Virus record (IMG/VR): IMGVR_UViG_3300049893_003322
Source of the DNA: a virus
Strand: one strand, 5' to 3'
DNA: 60,145 nt
Shown piece by piece: positions 45,220 through 55,206 of this stretch (positions within the stretch are counted from its first letter, which is position 1; every line of letters starts with the position of its first letter). The position numbers and the translations under genes were made by a program. The notes under the pieces are model-generated. The model was given only the letters and a program-made list of their open reading frames with translations, was not told where the DNA came from and did no database searches.

Positions 45220-46338
45220 CTACTTGAGGTGATCGAAGCGAATGTGGCGGTACTTGCCGTCCTTCGTGCGTTCGTTGTACTTGACCACCAGGGTCCGCCC
45301 GACAAAGCTCGGTGGGTTGGCGTCAATCATCCGCAAGGTGGCATTATCCAGGACCTTGACACTGGTCTTGACTCCATCGGCATCCCGCAAGAGGATAACA
45401 CTGTTGGGGCCGAGCTTGCCAGCTTCGAACCCGATGATCGTCAAGATCGCCGCCGCTTCCTTCTTGACCTTGAGCCAACTCGGACTCCGCATCCCCGGCT
45501 GGTAAGTCGAATCGGGACGCTTGAGGATCACACCCTCCCCTCCCGCATCCCAAATCCGCTGCACGTTCGCCCACGTACACGCCACCACTTCAGCCACCTG
45601 GATCGGGGTGCCCTCCACCATGGTCCCCAGGAGGTTCAAGGCCTGGCGGCGGTTCAGGTAGAGTTGCTCCCGCCAGGAGCGACCTTCGACCTCTAGCAGG
45701 TCGAACAGCACGAACACGAGTTGCTCTTGCAGCTCCTTGCGGGCGACGTCCGACGACTTGCCCCCAGGCAGCCACAACTCGCCGTCGTAAATGCCATCCG
45801 GGAGCCGCAGGAACGCTTGGCTCACGGGCGACGGCAAGCTGCGTTCCAGGGCGACCTCTCCCGCTCGAGGCCGCGACCAGGCCCGCACGGTTCGCTCCTT
45901 GACGACGACCTGTACCCGGTGGCCATCGTATTTCTCTTCCATGAGCCATCCGGAGTATTGCGCGTCGAACGCCGTTCCGGTCACCAGGTCCGTGATCGCC
46001 GACGCCAACATGGGTGCCGGAGGCCGATCACTAGTTGGCAAGGCGGGGATGCTCACGGGGGCCGCAGGTGCGGCCCCCAGGTAGACATACTCACCCTTGA
46101 CGGCGATCGGCTTGTCCTTGGCCAACGACTTGGTGTGTTTGCACTGGCGCGGTTGGTCACCCCGGCGTACCGTCCAGCCGGGACAATCGCACGTCAGCTT
46201 ACCGTCGTCGTTCACCACGGTCGTGTACTGTTTGTTCGGGTTACTGCTGCTGGGAAATTGGAATGATTGCATTTGGGGTTCCTCCGCGTGAGCAGTGATT
46301 ACCACTTCAACTTCACTTCGTCGCCACAACTCGGGCAA
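45220..46338 (-). CDS. lig: ATP-dependent DNA ligase with N-terminal SWIM zinc finger
   Basis: Motif I EEKYDGHR (KxDGxR). Motif III DGIYDGELW. Motif IV EGVILKRPDS. Motif V WLKVK. The N-terminal CDCPGW...CKH is a zinc finger. Confidence 0.8.
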   Translation of the reverse strand: MPELWRRSEVEVVITAHAEEPQMQSFQFPSSSNPNKQYTTVVNDDGKLTCDCPGWTVRRGDQPRQCKHTKSLAKDKPIAVKGEYVYLGAAPAAPVSIPALPTSDRPPAPMLASAITDLVTGTAFDAQYSGWLMEEKYDGHRVQVVVKERTVRAWSRPRAGEVALERSLPSPVSQAFLRLPDGIYDGELWLPGGKSSDVARKELQEQLVFVLFDLLEVEGRSWREQLYLNRRQALNLLGTMVEGTPIQVAEVVACTWANVQRIWDAGGEGVILKRPDSTYQPGMRSPSWLKVKKEAAAILTIIGFEAGKLGPNSVILLRDADGVKTSVKVLDNATLRMIDANPPSFVGRTLVVKYNERTKDGKYRHIRFDHLK

Positions 46339-47210
46339 TACCGGAAATCACCAACATCCGTGCGCCCGCAACCCGAGCACGTGCCCGCATACTCCTCATC
46401 CTCTTCCTCGTCCAGGTCCAGAACATCCGCGTTGCGGCAACGGCACTCAACCTGCCCGCAGGCTCCACACGGCGAGGTGACCGGAGTCCAGACGCGCTGA
46501 GTCGGCTGGGCCGTACGGGGGACTTCTGACAGCACCTCGTACGTGCACACACGACCCTTGCCCGCGCTGTTGTCGTACGGTATCGCCATGAAATCGCGGG
46601 GATCGATCTTCACAACCACCGTTCGCTGCCCATACCCCATCGCGAACGAGAACGACCCGACGTGGTAGCCGACCGAGCAGGGAATGTCCCGGCGCTGGTC
46701 GACCTCCCACGGTGCGAAGCGCGGCGGCTTGGCACCAACCGCGTTATTGACGGTACCCGAGCGTGCGTCGGTCCAATCGTCCCGGATGCCCTTGAACGCA
46801 ATGAGGTCGCCGTCCTCCGCCAGCAGGATGCCATTGGCTTGACAAAAGCTCAACAAACACTCCTGAGCTCCGGCTACAGGATTCTGGCGCAGCTTGCGGA
46901 GGAACTTCGCCATCGGGGCCGCCAACACCCCCGCCTCCAACATCTTCAAGGCTTCCTCGGAGCACTGGACGGGGAAAGGCACCCCCTGGTACACGATCAG
47001 CGAGCCTTCCACGGAGAAGTCCGGCTCGTCGCGGAACCAGTCGCGCACAGCCCGCACGAGATCTAGCAACAGCGGCAACCGCTCGTACTGGTACGTCTTG
47101 ACTGCCTCGAGGATCTCTGCGTATTTGTAATGCGTGGCGGCAATGGTGTAGGGCTGGCCCTCGTAGAAGAGGCTCAGGCCTTCGGGAAGAATCGTGAAGG
47201 GTACGTACAT
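46299..47210 (-). CDS. hypothetical protein with C-terminal double zinc-ribbon
   Basis: 303 aa. C-terminal CGACGQVECRC...CSGCGR...CPSCGD. Confidence 0.5.
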   Translation of the reverse strand: MYVPFTILPEGLSLFYEGQPYTIAATHYKYAEILEAVKTYQYERLPLLLDLVRAVRDWFRDEPDFSVEGSLIVYQGVPFPVQCSEEALKMLEAGVLAAPMAKFLRKLRQNPVAGAQECLLSFCQANGILLAEDGDLIAFKGIRDDWTDARSGTVNNAVGAKPPRFAPWEVDQRRDIPCSVGYHVGSFSFAMGYGQRTVVVKIDPRDFMAIPYDNSAGKGRVCTYEVLSEVPRTAQPTQRVWTPVTSPCGACGQVECRCRNADVLDLDEEEDEEYAGTCSGCGRTDVGDFRYCPSCGDEVKLKW

Positions 47211-47222
47211 GGGATCTGCTCC

Positions 47223-49220
47223 TTAGGAGTTGAGGTACTTGAGCACGTGAGCGACAGGAACCGTATCATCTACCGCTTCAACGAGGGGAAACTTCTTGCG
47301 CACTGTCGTGACCAGGTTCTTCAGAGTAGTTACTGTGGGGGGCGGAGGGACGGGACGCTGCAACGCTATGGCTAGCCAGAACTTCTCGCGGTTGGTCGGA
47401 TCGGCGAATTGACGGCTGAGGATACATAGCGCACGAACCGCCGGGTGGGTCACGCGCTTCGGGTCCAGGCGTGCCAGGGTTCGGCAAAAAGGATCCGTTT
47501 TCAGCTGGCTTCTCCAGAAAGCCTCTACCCCCCACACCGCTATGGCATCCCCCGCCGTAGCCAAATCCTGGTCCAGCTGGACCTCCAACCACGAAAAGTC
47601 GAGCGGAACAAAGGTTGTCGGAATTTCGACTTCCTGACGGAGCGCTTTTGGTAGACCGAGGATCGAACCCGCGTGCTTGTAATATGTCCGAAGGGCGTGC
47701 CTCAATACACTGTTGGTCCATCGGACGTCCTCCGGCGTCGCATTGTTCATCGCAAGCCAGTAGTGCTTGTCGGTGCCGAACGGCTTAGCAACGACTTGCT
47801 GCCACCTGTACTCGTAGAATTTGTAGATGCGCCGTCCCGTAATCGTCGGGCGTTGTGCTCTCTCTTTGTGCGCTGTTAGTGTCGACGTCAAGTGCGCTTC
47901 GTCTGCCTGCAGCAGATCTTTCAGAATCTGCAGGTGCACGTTCGTAACAACGACGCCCTTTCGTGGGGAGGGTTCTATGAGATATACATGCTGCTCACCC
48001 TCGTGCATGTGTTGCTCGAGGTAGGCTCGACTCGCGCGCACCGGATCCCGTGTATTCGCCAACAACACGATCCCCTTCTGTCGTGGGTGACGATGAATTT
48101 CGGGAGTCCGCCGCATATTTGGTGCGGGCTTCGGACGTTGCGACCAGCGTTTCGGCAGTGTAGGCCCGACACGAAGTATGGGCAGCTCTGGAAGTGCCAA
48201 GGCGTCCTGAACGGCCTCCGCTTTGACCGTGAGGCTCCACTCGGGGGACAACCCGATCATGCGGCGCAAGGTACCCTCGACGGGCCAGCAGTTCCGCAAC
48301 AGCTCCCATCGCGTGCTCCGCGCCTCCCGCTCTCGGAACCACCCACGAAGTTCCTCCAGCGCCTGCTCCCAACCACACCTGATCGCCGCCTCGTTCTCTG
48401 GCGTGACCTGTACGCTATCCCGGTTGGGTGTCACACTCACGGTACCTACTGGCAGAATCAGATCGGCCCGCGAGGCACGCGCGTACCGGCCGCTTGGGTA
48501 TGGAACCCCGCCCATGATGATGTACGGCTGCTCTCGGACTTCCGTGTCCGCCCATACGTACAAGTGTGCTTCCTTGATGTAGGGCGTCGGCACCTCGACG
48601 ACCTCCCCCGTCACTTTCACCGGATAGGGGGCGTAGGTGCAAATGCGCGCGATGTCTTGCGCTACGTATCGAAAATCTTGCGGCGCGATGGGCACGCGGA
48701 CCGTGGTACCGTTGGACTCTCCGGGAGCTGCAGGTCCGTGGTAAAGTTCTGCGTATTCGGGGTCTCCAGTCGACCCTCGATATGCCGCAAGAACGGCACG
48801 AATCCCGTCACGTACCGTGGTAACCACCCAAGGACACCCATCGCGGTAGGCAAACGCCGTTTTACAGCCATAGCCGAAACCCCCGGTGTGCAGGTTGTCC
48901 GCCTGCTTGTCGGACTCCCCGAACACCGTGTACCGATCCCACAGTTGCTCGTAGGTCATGCCGACGCCAAAATCTTGCACCTCGAACCACGGTTCGAAGG
49001 CATTCGGGGCGTGCACCTGAATCGGATGGGTCTGGGCCCGTTCCGGACAGGTGACGTATGCGTCGTACGCATTCGTGATATACTCCCGCACGAGCGCCCA
49101 TCTGGGATTGGTGTACTGATCTGTCAAGGTCTTTAACACGTGACTTCCCATCTTGATCGACGCGGTGCGCGTGCGCACCACATCCTGAACAATCGTGCGT
49201 TCTTCGGTACTCAGTTTCAT
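47223..49220 (-). CDS. GHKL-superfamily ATPase (HATPase_c-like) protein
   Basis: N-box EYITNAYDA, G1 box VQDFGVGMT and G2 box GGFGYGCK lie in the N-terminal 130 aa. 665 aa in total. Confidence 0.6.
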   Translation of the reverse strand: MKLSTEERTIVQDVVRTRTASIKMGSHVLKTLTDQYTNPRWALVREYITNAYDAYVTCPERAQTHPIQVHAPNAFEPWFEVQDFGVGMTYEQLWDRYTVFGESDKQADNLHTGGFGYGCKTAFAYRDGCPWVVTTVRDGIRAVLAAYRGSTGDPEYAELYHGPAAPGESNGTTVRVPIAPQDFRYVAQDIARICTYAPYPVKVTGEVVEVPTPYIKEAHLYVWADTEVREQPYIIMGGVPYPSGRYARASRADLILPVGTVSVTPNRDSVQVTPENEAAIRCGWEQALEELRGWFREREARSTRWELLRNCWPVEGTLRRMIGLSPEWSLTVKAEAVQDALALPELPILRVGPTLPKRWSQRPKPAPNMRRTPEIHRHPRQKGIVLLANTRDPVRASRAYLEQHMHEGEQHVYLIEPSPRKGVVVTNVHLQILKDLLQADEAHLTSTLTAHKERAQRPTITGRRIYKFYEYRWQQVVAKPFGTDKHYWLAMNNATPEDVRWTNSVLRHALRTYYKHAGSILGLPKALRQEVEIPTTFVPLDFSWLEVQLDQDLATAGDAIAVWGVEAFWRSQLKTDPFCRTLARLDPKRVTHPAVRALCILSRQFADPTNREKFWLAIALQRPVPPPPTVTTLKNLVTTVRKKFPLVEAVDDTVPVAHVLKYLNS

Positions 49221-49382
49221 GGTGTGCTCAGAAGGGTTTGGGTAAACATTCAGCGGCTGGGTTGAATAACCAGCTTGTCGGTTACGACAATCTCACGCGC
49301 CGTCCCACGAACGCGGTCAACAACCCGTCTTCTCCGACATCGGCACGCGGCATCCCGTTCGAGAGGCGAACCGATGTGGTAG

Positions 49383-49568
49383 TCATGCGACCTTCTCCTT
49401 CGTGGATATGAGTGCCACCGTGATCAACACGTCATAGCGCACGCCGGCGGGCGAGATGACATCGAGATCGCGATTGGCAAATTCGTCGCGGATGTACTCG
49501 ACGATGCCCGCCTCGACCGCCTGCTTGGTCGAAAACTCATCCACCCCAAATGTCCAGATCTTTGCCAT
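49383..49568 (-). CDS. small hypothetical protein
   Basis: 61-aa ORF. Confidence 0.35.
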   Translation of the reverse strand: MAKIWTFGVDEFSTKQAVEAGIVEYIRDEFANRDLDVISPAGVRYDVLITVALISTKEKVA

Positions 49569-49732
49569 GATAGGTTCCTCCGGTTAGGTTTCGGTTTTCC
49601 GCCACACGACGACGCCGGGTTGCGCACGAACAAAGTGCGCGGGACGACCCTTGGCCCGGGATCGAGGTTCCGCGCCGCATGGACGAGATGATCGTAGGCC
49701 AGACCCGTATACAGGCGGGAGCATGCCGAGCG

Positions 49733-50659
49733 TCACAACCATTTGGTTCCGTAGAGGTAAGGCACTCCGTCCAACAGGACCGTTTTGAGTGCGTGACGCT
49801 CCAGCCAACTCAATGCCCATGCGTAAGAATCGAAGTAGCTCTGTGCGGCCGTGGTGCGAATGCCGTGTTCTTTGCTGTACTCCGGCCAGTAGTTCTGCGC
49901 CACATGACGATCGTTCATTGCTGCAGCTGTGTGCAAACAACGCCACTGCTCGAACGTACCGGCTTTCAGCGACGTGTTGGCGTACAGTCGCCGAAGCTCG
50001 TCCTCAGACGGCTCGAAGCTGCTGAACGAAAGCAGGCGGCGCTTGGCGTCTTCGTAGAGCACTTGCCTCTTAGCTTCGCGCACCTGCATCTCCTCAAACC
50101 ACCACTCAATAGCGGTCACCGCATTGTCAGGATGCAGGAGGTCGAGGATGATTTCGTGCTGCAGGTCGTTCACCTTCCTTCCTCGGCGTTGCCGGAGCGT
50201 AGGATGATTTTCCGGCAGCCACGCAGCCTCGTTGTCAACGCGTACCATCCGTCCGTCTTGTGCCTGGTAGATGTTCGCTGTGTAGCGCGGAGTCACTCCC
50301 TGTACGGGGATAACCGTGGCACAAAGTCGAACCGGATACTGCAAATGCAGCTGGGTGTTCCATTCCACGGACAGCTCGTGCGGATCACAGCAGATTTGCA
50401 GACCGGTCGGCGAAAAGAGCCTAACCATACGCACCAGCTGCGCGACTGTGAGTTGTCGATAGGAAAGCCTCGGCACCTCCTCATGTACATGCAGCAGCCA
50501 GATGGACGGTAGCTCCAGCGCCTCGTCATGTTCAGTTATCCAGGCGTCCACCTTCTCGGCTACTGCCATTCGTTTCTGGAACTCACTCTCCGTCGCGACT
50601 CGTGCGGCGATTGCTTCCCTCTCTATCTGTAGCGTCAGAGTCGAACCTTGCGTTGTCAT
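49733..50659 (-). CDS. hypothetical protein
   Basis: Internal Met MTTQGS with GGAG upstream. The ORF-track extension to 50869 is Cys/Arg-rich. Overlaps the 3' end of the next gene by 77 nt. Confidence 0.45.
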   Translation of the reverse strand: MTTQGSTLTLQIEREAIAARVATESEFQKRMAVAEKVDAWITEHDEALELPSIWLLHVHEEVPRLSYRQLTVAQLVRMVRLFSPTGLQICCDPHELSVEWNTQLHLQYPVRLCATVIPVQGVTPRYTANIYQAQDGRMVRVDNEAAWLPENHPTLRQRRGRKVNDLQHEIILDLLHPDNAVTAIEWWFEEMQVREAKRQVLYEDAKRRLLSFSSFEPSEDELRRLYANTSLKAGTFEQWRCLHTAAAMNDRHVAQNYWPEYSKEHGIRTTAAQSYFDSYAWALSWLERHALKTVLLDGVPYLYGTKWL

Positions 50660-51116
50660 GGTGTGCTCCGTTGGTGGTGGTGGTGAGTACTTCAAACACA
50701 TCCGTTTTGCTCGCCAGGAATCGATCTCCCGGCACCGCAATCGTCCATTGATGAACTGGGTATTCGGCGGCCTCGACACGCAGCACCGGCTGCCAGGAGT
50801 TATGTTCGCTAGACCGCAGCAAGTCGCCCGGATTGATTTCATAGGCATACCGTAATTTGCTGCCGCCACTGTCCAAGAAGCGTTCCCACGCGTCGACGTC
50901 CGTCAGCACATACATATTGGGCACTCCGTCGATAGTCAGGAACGCCTGAGGACAGACAGCGAAAAACTGACGCCGCATTTCGCTCAGCCACATGCCATAC
51001 CCCGTCATGCTGCGGCCCAGGTACTGGTGTCGATCGTGAAGCATTTGTTCGGCAGGGGTACGCCCGTGTGCCTTGGCGTACGCTGTGTATCGGTTCATCG
51101 CAACCAGTCTCCTCAA
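50583..51116 (-). CDS. hypothetical protein
   Basis: 177-aa ORF. Confidence 0.4.
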   Translation of the reverse strand: MRRLVAMNRYTAYAKAHGRTPAEQMLHDRHQYLGRSMTGYGMWLSEMRRQFFAVCPQAFLTIDGVPNMYVLTDVDAWERFLDSGGSKLRYAYEINPGDLLRSSEHNSWQPVLRVEAAEYPVHQWTIAVPGDRFLASKTDVFEVLTTTTNGAHHDNARFDSDATDREGSNRRTSRDGE

Positions 51117-51123
51117 AAGCGAG

Positions 51124-51729
51124 TCATCCTACGCCGTAGGCTCGACACACGATCTGTAACGCCCATTCTAACGTCGGGGGTACGCCCTGTTGGCGCAGTA
51201 CAGGGAGCAGTTGGCGCACACACTGTATCACCCCTTCGTCGGACGGTACATTTACTGGTTCTCGCGACTCCGGCACACCCGGCCAAGGCGCGCCGTCGTC
51301 GTCGTTCTGCCGGAATACCAACTCCGACTCGCGCCAACGCCTGTCGTCACAGTCCATCCAGATACGATCATCGCCTTCGTATTCCGTGCGTTGCGCGTTG
51401 TAGTTAACGGCGGTCTCGCCGCTCCAAAGAGGTTCAATATCACCATGCGCAGAGACAGCCACGGTTGCTGCATAGGCTGTACAATAGTGGATGCTTTCCA
51501 GCGTACCCTGGATGGCAGTACCGTCGGGTGCGCGAACTGTGTAGAGTCCCCTGGCCAGATTTACACTCATGATCGGTCCCTTCGAAAGAGGTATTTGCAC
51601 TTCTGCCACAGTGCGTCCGCACCTGCCAACACACCACCCAGAATCAAGATCGCTGCCGGCCAGTGTGTAGCCGTAGCTTCGATTACTTCGTGATGCAACA
51701 GTAGAAAGCTCATGTGAGAGACGGCGCAA
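51124..51729 (-). CDS. hypothetical protein
   Basis: 201-aa ORF. Start uncertain, with an internal Met at 51570. Confidence 0.35.
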   Translation of the reverse strand: MRRLSHELSTVASRSNRSYGYTLAGSDLDSGWCVGRCGRTVAEVQIPLSKGPIMSVNLARGLYTVRAPDGTAIQGTLESIHYCTAYAATVAVSAHGDIEPLWSGETAVNYNAQRTEYEGDDRIWMDCDDRRWRESELVFRQNDDDGAPWPGVPESREPVNVPSDEGVIQCVRQLLPVLRQQGVPPTLEWALQIVCRAYGVG

Positions 51730-51904
51730 TGGGGCCGAGGGATCGCACAGGTTGTCCGCAATCTTGACACCGACCCTGCACGTTATCCGGCAAGATCGCA
51801 GTACGCAGCACGTAATGTTTGCCGCAATTTCCGCACACGAGGCGTTGCGAAACTGGATGCGTATATCGGGTGCCGCTGATCTGTACGCTGTTCATGGGAA
51901 TCAC
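51710..51904 (-). CDS. small zinc-ribbon protein
   Basis: CGNCGK...CQDCGQ. Start overlaps the previous stop. Confidence 0.45.
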   Translation of the reverse strand: MIPMNSVQISGTRYTHPVSQRLVCGNCGKHYVLRTAILPDNVQGRCQDCGQPVRSLGPIAPSLT

Positions 51905-52089
51905 TCCGGTGTGCGGGTCCAGAATCGAAACTCGTCGTCATCTCCTTCAAGGAAATAACTTGACACGGAAGTCCACTTTCGGCCCTTGGCAAGCGCTCGC
52001 CAGACTGCACGCGCACGCCTGTGGTCCGTAAACACCCGGGGCTCCTCGGGCACGCCGCCGTGGCAATACTGAATCACGTAGATACTCAT
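51901..52089 (-). CDS. small hypothetical protein
   Basis: Internal Met MSIYVIQY with GGAGG upstream. Confidence 0.4.
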   Translation of the reverse strand: MSIYVIQYCHGGVPEEPRVFTDHRRARAVWRALAKGRKWTSVSSYFLEGDDDEFRFWTRTPE

Positions 52090-52304
52090 TGGGGACCTCC
52101 GAGTGGTCGTACAAAGCCGGCAATCACCGCGCGCCCGAGTCGCTCCTCGTGACCGGGTTCCGGAAGAAACACGAGCTGCTCGGCTTCGCGATGTATCTGA
52201 ACGTCGCAATCCTCGTGCGCGATTGCGTTCAGCAAGGGCTCGAGTGCAGCGGGGACCGGTCGCAAACAAAGAACGAGACGTGTTACCGTCAGCGTAATGG
52301 CCAC
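52086..52304 (-). CDS. small hypothetical protein
   Basis: 72-aa ORF overlapping the next start. Confidence 0.35.
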   Translation of the reverse strand: MAITLTVTRLVLCLRPVPAALEPLLNAIAHEDCDVQIHREAEQLVFLPEPGHEERLGRAVIAGFVRPLGGPQ

Positions 52305-52361
52305 GAGATTCCTCCTAGAGTCGTCAGCTTGTGGTTGGTCAGGCTCGCTCCCGCCAAGAGG

Positions 52362-52802
52362 TTACCGGTAGAATGCGAGCCCTTCGCGAGGCAGCACCCG
52401 CTGCCACAGGGTGGGACGATTGGCGAGATAATAGCACCGAGTCTCGCCGGCGGCCCTGTGATTAGGTTCTCGCGTAGTTGGTAGAGGACGGCCTTCGTGA
52501 AGTACTGCATCCACTTCCGCCTCCGGATAGTGACGACATATGTCACGGTAAGTTCCTGCTTTGGTGTAGAGCACCAAGCAGCCACACGTACAGCCGTACA
52601 AGGCTTGTGGATACAACACATCAGCGGCCGCTGTGAGCACCTCCTGCCACACAGACCGCCTCAGCGGTATGAGTAGATCCAGGCGGCGAGTCGTCATGTT
52701 GCTGGCTTGTACGTGTACTCGTAACACCACCTCGGCGAAGTGTAAGAACATCCGAACACTCTGAATACGAAGCCAGAGCCCTATTGCGTAGAGGGTGATC
52801 AT
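52362..52802 (-). CDS. hypothetical protein
   Basis: 146-aa ORF. Confidence 0.35.
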   Translation of the reverse strand: MITLYAIGLWLRIQSVRMFLHFAEVVLRVHVQASNMTTRRLDLLIPLRRSVWQEVLTAAADVLYPQALYGCTCGCLVLYTKAGTYRDICRHYPEAEVDAVLHEGRPLPTTREPNHRAAGETRCYYLANRPTLWQRVLPREGLAFYR

Positions 52803-52899
52803 GTTTTGCTGGACCCCCGCTCGCGTGCAGTTCGGTTGTTTTTCATCGGTGAATCTCCCAAGGTTTGCGTATTGCGTGATATGCTCCTAGGCGTGCCAG

Positions 52900-53253
52900 T
52901 TAGTTGCGACCTGCCGACACGTCTGTCGGAGACCGGAGGCTGCACAGCCATAGTGGATCGTTTGTTACCTGTCCTTCCGGACACAGCAACTCGACGACAC
53001 CAGCTGCGACCAAGGCTTTGTACAAGCCTCGCCACTGTCCAGTATTCTCGATCAGGGCCGCATTTCGGATGCGCCGCCCGTTGAGAAACACCGCAGTACC
53101 GACGACTAACCCTGCGATCTCTTGGCCGGCGCGTATCGTGCCGTCTTGCTCGATCGCAATCTGGAGGGTTCGGCCGGCAAAAGTGACAGGTTGCGAATAC
53201 ATCATAAGCTCGCTACTCCTGTGGAGCACCCGAGGAGAGAAGTTCCCACGCAC
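52900..53253 (-). CDS. hypothetical protein
   Basis: 117-aa ORF. Confidence 0.35.
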   Translation of the reverse strand: MRGNFSPRVLHRSSELMMYSQPVTFAGRTLQIAIEQDGTIRAGQEIAGLVVGTAVFLNGRRIRNAALIENTGQWRGLYKALVAAGVVELLCPEGQVTNDPLWLCSLRSPTDVSAGRN

Positions 53254-53306
53254 GGGTGCGAGGCGCGGGAAGCGGAACTTGAACCAGCTGGCAGATCTGT
53301 CGTTGA

Positions 53307-53684
53307 TTACTTAGTTCGGCGGATGTAGCAACGGTCGTTGACCTGCATGGCCTCATAAAGAGCGCTGCCTATCAACTTCAGAATGGTAGGCAGATCCTCC
53401 TGAAATCTTCCGTAGGACAGTCGGTGGGGGTACGGCACCCAACCATGTCGCCGCAGGGCGGCATCTTGACTCAGATCGTCGCAGTTGTAGTTGGCGAGCG
53501 CCGCATCAGCGTCCGCGACCGCTTCTCGCACGAATCCTTCGATGTGGTATACACTCTCCTCCGGAGCTTCAGCTTCGTTGTCCGACACCACACATTCTCT
53601 CAGTGCCGCAAGGGCCTCGTATAACTCACGGTTGGCGCGGCGCAGCCTCTCGACCGAGCATACATCCTGTGCGAGCTTCTTCAC
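53307..53684 (-). CDS. hypothetical protein
   Basis: 125 aa. Stop overlaps the PRP4 start. Confidence 0.4.
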   Translation of the reverse strand: MKKLAQDVCSVERLRRANRELYEALAALRECVVSDNEAEAPEESVYHIEGFVREAVADADAALANYNCDDLSQDAALRRHGWVPYPHRLSYGRFQEDLPTILKLIGSALYEAMQVNDRCYIRRTK

Positions 53685-54589
53685 TTGACTATCCTCTCAT
53701 GATAGGAGTCGTGGCAGATCTTGCCGCAAAACACGCCTTGGTGTTCCTGTGCCCAACCTCCGTCCGTGTGAGTAACGTGCCGGACGCTATTCGTCCTGTG
53801 GCAAGGGAGCAGGCCCGCATCGAACCGTTGGATAAACAACGCCGCAGCTTCGCGATGGGCGTCCGGAACCTCACCGAGACTTGCGGCGCCAAAGGCGGCG
53901 TGCATCGGGCAGTTGGTCCAGGTATGACACGCCCAGTGCTCGGCCGTCGCCACCTCGGTCAAGGGCCGCCCGCCTGCCACCAGGAGCGCGGGCACAACCT
54001 CGGTGACATACTGCTCCCACGTAACCCCCTCGGGTAGCGTCGCGCCCTGCAGCTTGACGCCACACAGATTGGCGCCCTGCAGCTTGGCGCCCTGCAGCTC
54101 GGCGCCCCGCAGCTTGGCGCGCCGTAGATCCGCGCCCTGTAGATCCGCGTCCCGCAGATTGGCGCCCCACAGATCAGCGTCCTGCAGAATGGCGTTCCGC
54201 AGATCGGCGTTCCGCAGAGTGGCGCCCCGCAGCTTGGCGCCCCGCAGCTTGGCGCCCCGTAGATCCGCGCCCTGTAGATCCGCGTCCCGCAGATTGGCGC
54301 CCCACAGATCAGCGTCCCGCAGATCCGCGCCCCCCAGCGCGGCGTTCCGCAGAATGGCGCCCTGCAGCTCGGCGTCCCGCAGATTGGCGCCCTGCAGCTC
54401 GGCGCCCCGCAGATCCGCGCCCCCCAGCTCGGCCCTCCGTAGATCCGCGCTCCGCAGATTGGCGCCCCACAGATCAGCGTCCTGCAGCTGGGCGCGCCGG
54501 CCGCCGGGCGCGTCGGTCAACCACAGTTTGTGTAAGCGTACTACCTCGGCCAGGGTGGCCGGGCTTGTGTTGCGCGCGGTCTTTCGCAT
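53681..54589 (-). CDS. pentapeptide-repeat protein (PRP) 4
   Basis: Starts [24 protein letters not shown]. About 25 ADLRGAxL pentapeptides. Conserved C-terminal module plus an extra Cys/His tail. Confidence 0.75.
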   Translation of the reverse strand: MRKTARNTSPATLAEVVRLHKLWLTDAPGGRRAQLQDADLWGANLRSADLRRAELGGADLRGAELQGANLRDAELQGAILRNAALGGADLRDADLWGANLRDADLQGADLRGAKLRGAKLRGATLRNADLRNAILQDADLWGANLRDADLQGADLRRAKLRGAELQGAKLQGANLCGVKLQGATLPEGVTWEQYVTEVVPALLVAGGRPLTEVATAEHWACHTWTNCPMHAAFGAASLGEVPDAHREAAALFIQRFDAGLLPCHRTNSVRHVTHTDGGWAQEHQGVFCGKICHDSYHERIVK

Positions 54590-54673
54590 AGACTCCTCCT
54601 TGGCGTGAACTTGTATTAGCTTATCTTCCAAGGGAAGCCCCGCCCCTCGGCGGGGCCGCCCATTCGGGAAAGG

Positions 54674-55108
54674 TCAATCCAGGAGTTCCAGATCGTCGCC
54701 GGAGTCCTCGTCAATAGGGGTTCCCGCATCCACACATTGCCGCATCGTCCAGAACACAGGATCTTCTTCTGAACCAAACCTCACTGGTAAGTCGGCCGGA
54801 GCACCTCGCCAGACTTCCTGTCCGCGCTCGTCCAGCAGGATAGCGGTTCGCGCGGGGATTCCCGCCGTGGATCGAATCAAGTCGCCAAGGCGGACGTGCT
54901 TCCACGGCTTCGGCTTCGCAAAACCGCTAGGCACCGGTTCCATGCATTCCAAGACTGCCTGGGGTTGCATCGGGTTGCGCCACGAGCAACCGGGACACCG
55001 GGGGTAGATGTCGCCCCAGTGATTCGTCGAGTGCTGCGACATATGCCCGCAGCGAGTGCAGCGATAGGACTTTGCGGTGAGCGGTCCTGTTGTCGGAAGT
55101 TCGGACAT
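54674..55108 (-). CDS. zinc-ribbon protein
   Basis: Internal Met MSELPTT with GGAG upstream. Carries CTRCGH...CPGCSW. Confidence 0.45.
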   Translation of the reverse strand: MSELPTTGPLTAKSYRCTRCGHMSQHSTNHWGDIYPRCPGCSWRNPMQPQAVLECMEPVPSGFAKPKPWKHVRLGDLIRSTAGIPARTAILLDERGQEVWRGAPADLPVRFGSEEDPVFWTMRQCVDAGTPIDEDSGDDLELLD

Positions 55109-55117
55109 GTTTGGTGC

Positions 55118-55205
55118 TCCGTGAGGTTCGCATCGGGAAGGGAGCCCGCGCACGGATGCGGACGTGCGCGGGCCACGAAGAACGTCAAGCGGATCGGAAC
55201 GGCGA
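55118..55205. repeat. intergenic repeat copy 1 with 10-bp stem-loop
   Basis: About 85 nt, roughly 90% identical to 55561..55650. Contains the GCCCGCGCAC-ggatgcggac-GTGCGCGGGC hairpin at 55144-55173. Confidence 0.7.
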
Positions 55206-55206
55206 G

